Shown here piece after piece: positions 48,245-59,979 of a DNA stretch of 64,000 nucleotides. The stretch comes from a bacterium (lineage in GTDB: Bacteria; UBA8248). Each line of letters begins with the position of its first letter. Position 1 is the first letter of the stretch. The notes under the pieces are model-generated. The model saw only the letters and a list, made by a program, of their open reading frames with translations, did not search any database and was not told where the DNA came from. Both the position numbers and the translations under genes were made by a program. The stretch covers positions 192,001 through 256,000 of the forward strand of contig CBDATS010000015.1 of NCBI GenBank assembly GCA_965200245.1, in the 5' to 3' direction.

Positions 48245-49819
48245 ATGCCGATTCCCGTCGTTACTGCTCAAGAAATGTCGAATATCGATAATCGGGCGAT
48301 TCAAGAATACGGTATTCCCTCTATATGTTTAATGGAAGCGGCTGGCGTCAAATCCGCTCGAATGATCTGGGAGAAATTTGGTAGAACTGACCTCCGTGTG
48401 TTGATTGTTTGTGGGAAAGGAAACAACGGTGGAGATGGTTTCGTTATTGCCAGACACTTGTTCAATGCCGGGGCTGGTGTCGATATCGCGGTTTTGTTCC
48501 CCTTGCAAGAGGCTACGGGCGACCCGGCCGTTTTTTTAAGACCGCTGGAAAAGATGAGGATTCCCATCCTTGAAGTGGGAGAGGAGAATATACCACAATT
48601 AGGCAAGATGGCCGAAAATGCAGATATCATCATTGACGCCATTTTTGGAACTGGATTTCGTCCACCTGTTCGGGGTCTGCCGGGAGAAGCCATACGCATT
48701 CTTTCCGAATTTGAAACTAAGACCGTTTCCATTGATATACCTTCCGGGCTCGACGGCACGGCAGCTACTGCCGAATTTCCATATATCGATGCAGAAATCA
48801 CCTTGGCTCTAGGTGCTCTCAAACGGGGACACCTGCTGATGCCGGCCGCCGAGCATGTAGGTGAAGTCATATCTCTTGACATCGGGATTCCACATGAGTG
48901 TTTCAAGGAAGAAGGTGTTTTACTTCAAGTGACGGAACCTTCCGATGTAGCTGAAAATTTACCGGAAAGGCACCTCGATGCTCACAAGGGCGATGCTGGT
49001 CACCTGTTGTTGATAGCGGGCTCGCCCGGAATGTCGGGAGCCGCCTTGATGGCGGCCATGTCGGCTCTTCGCGCAGGTGCCGGCCGGGTGACGCTTGCGA
49101 CGCCGGAGAGCATTTATCCACTCATGGAAAGCAAGTACCCCGAAGTCATGACGTTATCGTTGCCGGCCACGGAGACGGGATCTGTCGACGCATCAGCATT
49201 CGATTTTATCGCCGAGCGATCTGAAGATATGAGCGCATTGGTCGTAGGTCCTGGACTCACTACGGACCCGAGAACAGCCGAATTGATCCGTCTTCTCATA
49301 CAACATATTGATACGCCCATTGTCCTTGATGCCGATGCTCTCAATGCGCTTGCGGAAGATTTGACTATTTTGGATGGCAGGTTCGCTCAATTGATCCTGA
49401 CTCCGCATCCGGGCGAGATGGCAAGATTGTTAGGAATCTCGACGAGAGAAGTGCAGGAAGGTCGCATCACGCATGCAAGTTTGTTCGCAGCGCACCATCA
49501 TCTTGATGTCGCCTTGAAGGGTTGGGGAACGATTGCCGTCACGTCGGACGGGGAAATTTGGTATAACCCCACCGGAAACTCGAATATGGCCACTGCAGGT
49601 AGCGGAGATGTATTGGCAGGTGTTATCGGTGCTTTGCTTGCTCAGGGCCTTGCAAACAAATGGGCTTTGATATGTGGAATATATTTGCATGGCTTGTCCG
49701 GAGAGTTGGCATCTTTGGAAGTAGGTGGACTCGGCCTCACGGCAACCGATATCTTGCAAGCTCTTCCAAAAGCGAGAAAAAAAGTACTGTCGGAAGCAGG
49801 AGGTTCTAAAACTGCTTGA
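48245..49819 (+). CDS. nnr: Bifunctional NAD(P)H-hydrate epimerase/dehydratase
   Basis: CGKGNNGGDG, DAIFGTG, DIPSG, HKG..G, LDADAL, LTPHPGE, ATAGSGDVL. Confidence 0.95.
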   Translation: MPIPVVTAQEMSNIDNRAIQEYGIPSICLMEAAGVKSARMIWEKFGRTDLRVLIVCGKGNNGGDGFVIARHLFNAGAGVDIAVLFPLQEATGDPAVFLRPLEKMRIPILEVGEENIPQLGKMAENADIIIDAIFGTGFRPPVRGLPGEAIRILSEFETKTVSIDIPSGLDGTAATAEFPYIDAEITLALGALKRGHLLMPAAEHVGEVISLDIGIPHECFKEEGVLLQVTEPSDVAENLPERHLDAHKGDAGHLLLIAGSPGMSGAALMAAMSALRAGAGRVTLATPESIYPLMESKYPEVMTLSLPATETGSVDASAFDFIAERSEDMSALVVGPGLTTDPRTAELIRLLIQHIDTPIVLDADALNALAEDLTILDGRFAQLILTPHPGEMARLLGISTREVQEGRITHASLFAAHHHLDVALKGWGTIAVTSDGEIWYNPTGNSNMATAGSGDVLAGVIGALLAQGLANKWALICGIYLHGLSGELASLEVGGLGLTATDILQALPKARKKVLSEAGGSKTA

Positions 49820-50246
49820 ATTCCCCTTTGAAACGCAAAGCGATTCTGTGGAGCAAACGGTCGAGTTGGGTGTTCGTTTGGCGAAAGTATCGAGACCAGG
49901 CGAAGTCATATTTCTTGAGGGTGACTTAGGAGCTGGAAAAACTGCGTTTGCCAGAGGATTTGTCGAATCCACGCCAGGGGGAAAAGGGCAAATCATCAGA
50001 AGTCCCACGTTCGTTTATATTCACCACTATCCTACCAAGCCACCCGTACATCACATCGACTTGTATCGCCTCCCTGAGAAATCTGACCTCCGAGACATGG
50101 GTTTGTGGGATCATATTGGTGAGCACGATATTGTCTTGATTGAATGGCCCAATCATGTTGACAAGTGGCATTTCTCCATATCGACGCACGTCAAGTTTGA
50201 GATAGTGGGAGAACAAAGTCGGAAGTTGCACATTTCCAGACCTTGA
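49812..50246 (+). CDS. tsaE: tRNA threonylcarbamoyladenosine biosynthesis ATPase TsaE
   Basis: LEGDLGAGKT, SPTF, HIDLYRL, LIEWP. Start uncertain; CTG 49812 sits 8 nt after AGGAGG. Confidence 0.9.
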   Translation: MLEFPFETQSDSVEQTVELGVRLAKVSRPGEVIFLEGDLGAGKTAFARGFVESTPGGKGQIIRSPTFVYIHHYPTKPPVHHIDLYRLPEKSDLRDMGLWDHIGEHDIVLIEWPNHVDKWHFSISTHVKFEIVGEQSRKLHISRP

Positions 50247-50441
50247 GGGAGATTTCTCTTCTTTACAAAGAATGAAATGGGTGGCAATTTGTTCAGGTAT
50301 TATTTTTGCGTGTGCTCGTTGCGAGAAAAAAATGCAAACCGAGCAGGAAGATGAACTTGGTGGATATGGAGGGATGCATTTCTTATTACAGATGTAATAC
50401 TGGAAGATATTGAATACCGCCTGGATATCGGAAGGTTAGCG

Positions 50442-51053
50442 ATGCTTTTCAGTAAGATACTGCGAGTGGTGTTACTGGGTTTTTTACTCGCTATAGGCGG
50501 CACGATTACTTATTTTCTTTTGGGTTCTTCGGGTCATCATTTGAAAATAGGAGAAGTTTCATTCAAGGGCTCGGATGCGGATATAAATATCAATAAAGTG
50601 CATGTTATTCAAAACACGAAAGGCAGAAAGGAATGGGAGTTGTGGGCGGATTCGGCTAATGTGTATCGTCAAAAAGAGTTGACGATTCTGAAGAACCTGA
50701 AGCTTCGTTTTTATCCGGAAAAAGGCAACCCTACGTTAGTGACTGCCCAGCAAGGAACTATGCAGAATGAAAGCCATAATATCAAAATCAGCGGCAATAT
50801 CACTATAATTACATCAAACGGCGTTTCAATGAAAACGGGGTCTTTGTATTTTCGCGCAAAAGAAAAGCGCATTGAATCAGATTCAAGGGTTTTGATGGAG
50901 GGTGCTGGCTTTCGCTTGGTCGGAACGGGCTTGGAGGGGCAAACTGATATCGGGCATTATGCTCTGAAGAAAAAAGTGAGGGCGACGATTTTCGGTGCGA
51001 ACAGAAACCCTCTCAAGCAGGAAAGACGAAACAGGCTTACTCGCGCGAATTAG
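50442..51053 (+). CDS. lptC: LPS export ABC transporter periplasmic protein LptC
   Basis: Single N-terminal TM, G.K.WEL.A..A motif, beta-jellyroll-like pattern; precedes lptA-lptB. Confidence 0.8.
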   Translation: MLFSKILRVVLLGFLLAIGGTITYFLLGSSGHHLKIGEVSFKGSDADININKVHVIQNTKGRKEWELWADSANVYRQKELTILKNLKLRFYPEKGNPTLVTAQQGTMQNESHNIKISGNITIITSNGVSMKTGSLYFRAKEKRIESDSRVLMEGAGFRLVGTGLEGQTDIGHYALKKKVRATIFGANRNPLKQERRNRLTRAN

Positions 51054-51075
51054 TGGAACAGACTGTCTGTCCCAA

Positions 51076-51681
51076 ATGGAGGCTGTTTTGAAACCAGTCA
51101 ACTGCTGCCCGAAGCATCTCGGCCTCATTGGTATAGGATTATGTGTGGTCTGCATTTTGTGGGGTTCCCCTTATTCGTTTGCGCAAGGGAAAAACAAAAG
51201 AGGCCAGCTACACACCAAGGATCAAATTCACATCACCTCTGATAAGATGGAAGTCAAGAGTCGCGAGAATCTCATCGTGTTCATCGGTAACGTACAGGCT
51301 AATCATGGAGATGTGAATCTGAAAGCGAATCGCTTGGAAGTTTATACACAGCCGACCACAGGGGCGAGTTCGAAACGTAAGCCGATTCCCAACGACAGGG
51401 CAGGGGAAATCGATAGAATTGTGGCGATTGGGAACGTGAAGATGGGCCAAGCGAAAAGGAGGTTCGCCACTGCCGCAAGGCTTGAATATCGAGAATCCAC
51501 TGGTATCGCAATTCTGACGGGCAATCCCCGCGTATGGGAAAGGAAAAATCAGTTGGTCGGCGCAAAAATAGAGTTAAACTTGAGAGAAAACAAAACGATA
51601 GTCCATGGCACGCCTCGCCGAAGAGTCAGCGTTACCGTATTCCCTTCCAGCGAGACGCCCCGTCCCTCAAAATCCAACTAA
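51076..51681 (+). CDS. lptA: LPS transport periplasmic protein LptA
   Basis: Signal peptide, IHITSDKME, F.GNV, A.GNV, LTGNPRV; start uncertain. Confidence 0.85.
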   Translation: MEAVLKPVNCCPKHLGLIGIGLCVVCILWGSPYSFAQGKNKRGQLHTKDQIHITSDKMEVKSRENLIVFIGNVQANHGDVNLKANRLEVYTQPTTGASSKRKPIPNDRAGEIDRIVAIGNVKMGQAKRRFATAARLEYRESTGIAILTGNPRVWERKNQLVGAKIELNLRENKTIVHGTPRRRVSVTVFPSSETPRPSKSN

Positions 51682-51690
51682 ACCCATGCA

Positions 51691-52455
51691 ATGGCTACGC
51701 AGACCAATAGCAACGCGACGTGGCGGCCAGATGTCTTTTCCATCCAAGCTATAGGCTTGACGAAAAGCTATGCTGGAAGAGAGGTGGTTTCCGGCGTCGA
51801 GATAGAAGTGCATCCTAGCGAAATCGTCGGGTTGCTTGGACCGAACGGGGCTGGCAAGACGACAATATTTTATATGATTGTCGGGTTGCTCGTTCCGGAT
51901 GCGGGAAAGATTTTCTTGAACGGCGAAGAAATCACCAGCCAACCTATGTATAGGCGCGCCAAGCAAGGAATCAACTATTTGCCACAGGAAGCATCCGTAT
52001 TTCGTCGCCTTACAGTGAGGCAAAATGTTATGGCGGTGCTTGAATTGGTTTTACAAGATCGAAATGAGCGAGAGAGGCGTTTGGACGAGATTTTAGAGGA
52101 CCTCGACATCCAGCATATTCAATCGGCAAGGGGATATGCCCTATCCGGCGGAGAGCGGAGACGTGTAGAAATTGCCCGTGCACTGGCCACCAATCCTATG
52201 TTCATGCTCCTGGATGAGCCTTTTGCTGGAATCGACCCCATTCTAGTGAACGATATCCAGGGTATCGTGACGGACTTAAAAGCTCGTGGTATTGGCATCA
52301 TTATCACTGATCACAACGTGCGCGAGGCGCTTCATATATCCGACAGGGTGTACATTATCAACGAGGGGCGGATTCTGGAGTCCGGTATGCCGGAGGAAAT
52401 CGCCGCCAGCGAAAAGGCCCGGGATATTTATCTGGGTGAGAAATTTCGTCTTTGA
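51691..52455 (+). CDS. lptB: LPS export ABC transporter ATPase LptB
   Basis: [54 protein letters not shown]. Confidence 0.97.
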   Translation: MATQTNSNATWRPDVFSIQAIGLTKSYAGREVVSGVEIEVHPSEIVGLLGPNGAGKTTIFYMIVGLLVPDAGKIFLNGEEITSQPMYRRAKQGINYLPQEASVFRRLTVRQNVMAVLELVLQDRNERERRLDEILEDLDIQHIQSARGYALSGGERRRVEIARALATNPMFMLLDEPFAGIDPILVNDIQGIVTDLKARGIGIIITDHNVREALHISDRVYIINEGRILESGMPEEIAASEKARDIYLGEKFRL

Positions 52456-52471
52456 TGGTAAGGGAACAGAC

Positions 52472-53914
52472 ATGGTATTGCAGCATAAACTGGCTATAAG
52501 ATCGGAGCAACGTCTCGTTATGACCGCCATGATGCGCCAAGCGATTGGCCTCTTGCCTCTAAATCGCTTAGAAATGCAGCAGGCCGTTCAGCAGGAAATT
52601 TTAAACAATCCTTTGCTAGAAGAGATTCAGAATGAAATCAGTGAAGTGGCTGATGGAGAGATGCCGGAAATGAGAAACGATGTTCCCGAGAACCAAAATG
52701 ATGAACGAGGCGACGTTGAAATCGATTGGGAAAATATTGTGCAGGGCAATTATGGTGAATTTGCTTATCCTGCCTCAGATGATGAGTTTCCTTCTCGTGA
52801 GCAGACTTTGGAGCGGACTGTCACCTTGCATGAACATCTGGAATGGCAATTGAGTCTTTCCATAGTTCCCGAACCGGTTGCAAGGGTTGCCGAGCAGATT
52901 ATCTGGAATATCAATGATGAGGGATACCTTGAAGCCGATGTGCAAGAGTTGGCGGACAATTTGGGCCTAGGGCTTTTCGAGGCGGAAAAGGCATTAGCTT
53001 TGGTGCAAGGGTTCAATCCAACCGGAGTTGCTGCAAGAACGCTTCAAGAATGCATTCTTATGCAATTGAATAATAATGATTTGCATTCAATTTACTGTTT
53101 GTCGATTTTAGATTTGGCGCGGGTTTTGGTGCTCGAAGATATTGAAAAAATCGGTGAACGGCAATATGCGAAACTCGCCAAGGCCAACAGCGTCGGGGTG
53201 GAAGATGTCTTTCAGGCGGTTCAAATCATTCAAAGTCTCGATCCTCGCCCGGGTTTACAATTTTCGCAGCAAAGAGTGGAGGTAGTGGCTCCTGATGTGA
53301 GCGTCACCAAGAGAGGTGATGATTATGAGGTAGTGCTCAATGACGATGGCCTGCCGCTTCTGCGCGTGAATTCTCTATATGCGACCATGCTGGCCGACAA
53401 AATGAATACTTCTTCCGAAACGCGGGATTATCTGGAAGAAAGGCTTAGGGCGGCTCAGTGGTTCCTCAAAAGTATTGAGCAAAGAAGGCAGACGATACTG
53501 AGAGTTTGCCGAAGTATTGTTCGCTTTCAAAAGGATTTTCTGGACAATGGAGTGAGTTGCTTGAAACCGCTGATTTTGAGGGAAGTAGCGCAGGATATCG
53601 GAATGCACGAATCGACTGTGAGCCGTGTTACAACGGACAAGTACATGGATACGCCGCAAGGCGTTTTGAATTTGAAGTATTTCTTCCATAGCGGGTTGGA
53701 ATCGAGTGCGGGGGAGAGCACTTCTTCGGTAGCGATAAAAGAAATCATCAAGAAAATGGTGGCACAGGAAAGTCCCGATGAGCCGCTCACAGACCAAAAA
53801 ATTGCAGATGGGCTCAAGAAGGAAAACGTGGCGATTGCGAGGCGAACGATTACAAAATACCGAAAAGAACTGCGAATTTCTCCCGCTGGCAAAAGACGGA
53901 AGATTCGGCTATGA
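52472..53914 (+). CDS. rpoN: RNA polymerase sigma-54 factor
   Basis: Gln/Leu-rich region I, NPLLE, HESTVSRVT, RpoN box ARRTITKYR. Start moved to ATG 52472. Confidence 0.95.
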   Translation: MVLQHKLAIRSEQRLVMTAMMRQAIGLLPLNRLEMQQAVQQEILNNPLLEEIQNEISEVADGEMPEMRNDVPENQNDERGDVEIDWENIVQGNYGEFAYPASDDEFPSREQTLERTVTLHEHLEWQLSLSIVPEPVARVAEQIIWNINDEGYLEADVQELADNLGLGLFEAEKALALVQGFNPTGVAARTLQECILMQLNNNDLHSIYCLSILDLARVLVLEDIEKIGERQYAKLAKANSVGVEDVFQAVQIIQSLDPRPGLQFSQQRVEVVAPDVSVTKRGDDYEVVLNDDGLPLLRVNSLYATMLADKMNTSSETRDYLEERLRAAQWFLKSIEQRRQTILRVCRSIVRFQKDFLDNGVSCLKPLILREVAQDIGMHESTVSRVTTDKYMDTPQGVLNLKYFFHSGLESSAGESTSSVAIKEIIKKMVAQESPDEPLTDQKIADGLKKENVAIARRTITKYRKELRISPAGKRRKIRL

Positions 53915-54157
53915 CGCGCGGAGGGCCAGGATTGTTGTCAATAATAAAATCAGGAAAATCTGCTATCATGCCAATTATCCTTGGTTGGATACCTGACACA
54001 CGGTGATTTGCAAGGAATCAAGGGGAGCTATGTGCTTACAGGTCTTATGGTATTTTCACAATTTAGTATGGTGGATGAGAGGCATTACTCCGGGCGTTCT
54101 TTCGCATTCCCGGGGACACATATCGAAACTTCAGGGATGTATTGAGCATCAAGGAAT

Positions 54158-55099
54158 ATGATGGGTAAACTCTCCGTAATTCAATTGTACGAAGATTTAC
54201 GCGAAGAGTTGAAGTTATTTATTCTCTCGGGTGAATCTGGCATGGGCCGTTGGGTCAATCATACGCACTTTCAGAAAAATGGCTTGCCTCTCGCTGGATT
54301 CCTGAAAGCCGTACACCCCGACAGGATTCAGGTATGGGGCAGTACAGAGATTCGGTTTCTTGAATATCTTGAGGAGGGTGCACGCTTAGAGGCTGTGCGC
54401 AAATACTTTGGCTTGCCCTTATGCGCGGTCTTGATCACTGGAGGAAAAGATATTTCCCCGAGCATCCGGGAAGCGTCCGACAAGTCCGGCGTACCAATCA
54501 TCGTCTCGGGTTTGCCCGGCAAGGACTTGATGCCGAAATTGTCGGCGTATCTCGAGCAGCATCTCTCCCTGCATGCCCGACTCCATGGGGTCCTCGTTGA
54601 TTTATACGGTGTCGGGGTGCTCATCCAGGGGAAAAGCGGCATTGGAAAAAGCGAGTGTGCCCTCCATCTCGTCACGAGGGGGCATCGACTTGTCGCCGAC
54701 GACGTAGTAGATATCCAGTTGCGCGGGAACGAATTGGTCGGAAGAAGCACGGATTTGCTTAAGCACCACATTGAGGTGCGGGGCCTTGGAATTCTGAACC
54801 TGAAAGATCTCTTTGGTGTCGTAGCGATCCGATACGAAAAGAACGTCGAGATGATCGTGGAGTTGAGCCCCTTGACCCCGGATTTGCCTTTCGAACGTCT
54901 TGGTATTGACATTGAAACGGAAGAAATTCTAGGCAAATCCCTGCCACACGTGAAAATTCCCGTTGCGCCCGGGAGGAATATCCCTACGCTCATCGAGGTG
55001 GCAGCTCGGAATCTGTTGCTGCAAAGAATGGGTTATTTTTCCGCTGAAGAATTTACTCGAACGCTCTCCGCTCAGATAGCACTCGGGTCGACCGGTTAG
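54158..55099 (+). CDS. hprK: HPr(Ser) kinase/phosphorylase
   Basis: HGVLVD.YGVGVLI.GKSGIGKSECAL, GHRLVADD, EVRGLGI, PVAPGRN. Confidence 0.96.
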   Translation: MMGKLSVIQLYEDLREELKLFILSGESGMGRWVNHTHFQKNGLPLAGFLKAVHPDRIQVWGSTEIRFLEYLEEGARLEAVRKYFGLPLCAVLITGGKDISPSIREASDKSGVPIIVSGLPGKDLMPKLSAYLEQHLSLHARLHGVLVDLYGVGVLIQGKSGIGKSECALHLVTRGHRLVADDVVDIQLRGNELVGRSTDLLKHHIEVRGLGILNLKDLFGVVAIRYEKNVEMIVELSPLTPDLPFERLGIDIETEEILGKSLPHVKIPVAPGRNIPTLIEVAARNLLLQRMGYFSAEEFTRTLSAQIALGSTG

Positions 55100-55123
55100 C
55101 CAGACAGAAAAAAGAGGCTTTGC

Positions 55124-55546
55124 ATGATAGGTTTGGTGATCGTCGGCCACGGAGACTATCCGGATGCACTGTTGAATGCAGCGGAATCCGTTTTGTCCAG
55201 CGCTTCTCAAATGAAAGCTCTTTCCCTGCGTGCAGACATGGACCCAGCTGGATTTACAGAAAAAATAGAAAAAGCGGTGAAGGAGGTGGATACGGGGGAG
55301 GGGATTATAATCATGACAGACATGATGGGAGGAGCGCCAACCAATGCCGCTCTCGCTATGCTGAATCATCCCAGAGTAGAGGTGGTGACGGGAGTGAACT
55401 TACCGATGCTCTTGAAACTATCGTTCATAAAGGGAAAGACTGTTTCCGAAGCGGCGAGATTTCTGGTGGAGTATGGAAGGCGGAATCTGGCTCAACCGAG
55501 TGAAATGATAAATTCCATAAAACAACGACCTGCCAAGGAGGAATGA
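55124..55546 (+). CDS. PTS mannose/fructose-type EIIA component
   Basis: MIGLVIVGHG, TDMMGGAP.N, VVTGVNLPML. Confidence 0.92.
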   Translation: MIGLVIVGHGDYPDALLNAAESVLSSASQMKALSLRADMDPAGFTEKIEKAVKEVDTGEGIIIMTDMMGGAPTNAALAMLNHPRVEVVTGVNLPMLLKLSFIKGKTVSEAARFLVEYGRRNLAQPSEMINSIKQRPAKEE

Positions 55547-55824
55547 GCGCCGTCATGGCAGAGCAAAAAATCAGCGTCAGCAATCGAATGGGGCTTCACG
55601 CCAGAGCGACTGCCAGGTTCGTGAGGCTGTCGAGCAAATTCGAAAGCGATATTTTCGTTCGATATCGTGACATGGAAGTGGACGGGAAAAGTATCATGGG
55701 TGTCATGATGCTTGCGGTTCCTCCTGGTTCGGAACTTCTAATTAAGGCTTTTGGTTCTGATGAAAACGCTGCTGTTGCGGAATTGGCGGATTTGGTTCAA
55801 TCCGGCTTTGAGGATATGGCATAG
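55543..55824 (+). CDS. ptsH: Phosphocarrier protein HPr
   Basis: GLHARA (His15), DGKSIMGVMML (Ser46), GSDE..A. Confidence 0.95.
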   Translation: MSAVMAEQKISVSNRMGLHARATARFVRLSSKFESDIFVRYRDMEVDGKSIMGVMMLAVPPGSELLIKAFGSDENAAVAELADLVQSGFEDMA

Positions 55825-56106
55825 GGCTGCTCAAGATTATCAGGATATCGAACGCCAACAATATTGAAGTAGAATCTCTGCAGTGATTTGTAAATCCTTA
55901 ATATTTAATAGATAACATATATTTTATATTGCAAATTTTTCCTGCGCAGACAATGTTTTTGTCGATATATCTGCGAAAAAACAATATTTCCCCACAGCGC
56001 TTCCGTCCAAATTCAAGAAATGATACAAGACGCCAGAAAAGGCATGTCGTCTAGTGATGCGTCTTTTTTGATTTGATGATGACCACCATTTCCTGGGAGA
56101 TTGTAG

Positions 56107-58595
<2,489 letters not shown>

Positions 58596-58637
58596 ACTTC
58601 TTCGCACCCGATATGCCGCCCAATATGGGGAGTTTCT

Positions 58638-59945
58638 GTGCTCGGATATCTGTCCCCTATGCCACTTAGACAAAACAGGATAAAACGGTTAACGAAGAAT
58701 TTGTTTCTTGTACTTGTTTTTCTTGTTTTTTGGACGCAAGGCGAGGGGAGTGCTCTCGGCGCGCGCGGGTCAAGAACAACTATTGTCGGGATTCGAGAGT
58801 TTTCTACCCCAAGTTACTCGCGGATAGTTTTCATACTGAACCGCAAATCGCTCAATTTCAAATCGGGCGCCCTGAAGAAGCCCACTCGAATATTTCTTGA
58901 TATCCCTCAAGGGCACCTAGGAAGGGATACCCAAATCCCGAATTTCTCTTCTGGAACAAGCATCGTATCTCGGCTCAGATTCGGTAAGCCACGCAAGAAC
59001 AATCTGCGTCTTGTGATTGATATCAAGAAAACCGATGACGTCAGACACCGAATTTTTACCCTTCCAGGCCCGGAGCGCATCGTGGTGGACGTATGGGCCA
59101 AAAGCAAGAGCATCTCGAAATCTTCACAAGAGGAAACGCGCAAGCGACTGAAACCCACAAAATCTGATCGCGCACGCAGGGTGGATACTCGCCGGAAAAC
59201 GCTGACTCGCCGCGAAATGAATCTAGCGCAAAGATTTCACCATCGTCTGGGCAGAATCGTCCTGGATCCCGGACATGGGGGCAAGGATCCGGGCGCTGTC
59301 GGTTTGTCCGGTTTAAGAGAAAAACGGGTTACCTTGGACCTTGCACTAAGAACCAGGCGGGTGTTAAGGCGCATCTTGCCTGGCAATCGGGTCTATCTCA
59401 CTCGAACTACTGATAGATACATTTCTCTTCCCACCAGGACGGCGTTCGCCAACGAGTACGATGCGGATATATTCGTTTCGATTCATGCGAACAGTGCACA
59501 TTCACGACACATCCACGGAATCGAGACTTATTTTTTGAGCGAAGCCTCATCAGGCAGAGCGCTTAGACTGGCAGCGAGAGAGAATGGGACGACACTTGCG
59601 CGCATGAGCGATTTACAAAAAATTCTGAATGATTTGGGATTGAGGTCGAAGGTCACGGAATCTCAGCAGTTAGCTTTGCAGGTTCAGCAAGCCATGCTCT
59701 CTCGCCTCAAGCCAAGCTACGGTGGGGCCCGCAATTCGGGAGTGAAGCGCGGCCCGTTTTACGTGTTACTCGGAGCTCAGATGCCGAGCATCTTGGTTGA
59801 GGTTGCTTTCATCTCGAATCGGCGAGAAGCGCGTCGGATGAGCAGTCCGAAATACCGCCAAGCCCTTGCGGAAGGAATTGCAAGGGGTATCATGCGGTTT
59901 GTGGGTGATGGCCGATTCAGGAAAATCTCGGGGAAACGCCCATAG
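58638..59945 (+). CDS. N-acetylmuramoyl-L-alanine amidase (AMIN + Amidase_3, AmiC-like)
   Basis: Signal peptide, AMIN P.RI..D repeats, LDPGHGGKDPGA, FVSIHAN, PSILVEVAFISN. Confidence 0.92.
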   Translation: MLGYLSPMPLRQNRIKRLTKNLFLVLVFLVFWTQGEGSALGARGSRTTIVGIREFSTPSYSRIVFILNRKSLNFKSGALKKPTRIFLDIPQGHLGRDTQIPNFSSGTSIVSRLRFGKPRKNNLRLVIDIKKTDDVRHRIFTLPGPERIVVDVWAKSKSISKSSQEETRKRLKPTKSDRARRVDTRRKTLTRREMNLAQRFHHRLGRIVLDPGHGGKDPGAVGLSGLREKRVTLDLALRTRRVLRRILPGNRVYLTRTTDRYISLPTRTAFANEYDADIFVSIHANSAHSRHIHGIETYFLSEASSGRALRLAARENGTTLARMSDLQKILNDLGLRSKVTESQQLALQVQQAMLSRLKPSYGGARNSGVKRGPFYVLLGAQMPSILVEVAFISNRREARRMSSPKYRQALAEGIARGIMRFVGDGRFRKISGKRP

Positions 59946-59979
59946 GCGCGATACCCGTTTCTTATCTGGAAACTCCTCC

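Noticed and set aside
50247-50441. Possible eroded kdsC 3' remnant (GGYG...ITDVIL across a frameshift) or 41-aa lipoprotein-like ORF before lptC
   Set aside because: The similarity is only a few residues and needs a frameshift; it cannot be distinguished from chance without an alignment.
53915-54157. Sigma54 (-24/-12) promoter or 6S-like RNA after rpoN
   Set aside because: No correctly spaced TGGCAC-N5-TTGC and no long hairpin recognisable by eye.
55837-55915. Possible SAM-I riboswitch before metK (TTATC...GATAA pairing)
   Set aside because: The conserved core (GAGGGA, GCAACC, GGTGC) is absent.
55900-55935. dif-like site in AT-rich spacer (also considered at 10790-10815)
   Set aside because: Arm spacing and the TTATGTTAAAT XerD arm do not fit the 11-6-11 consensus.
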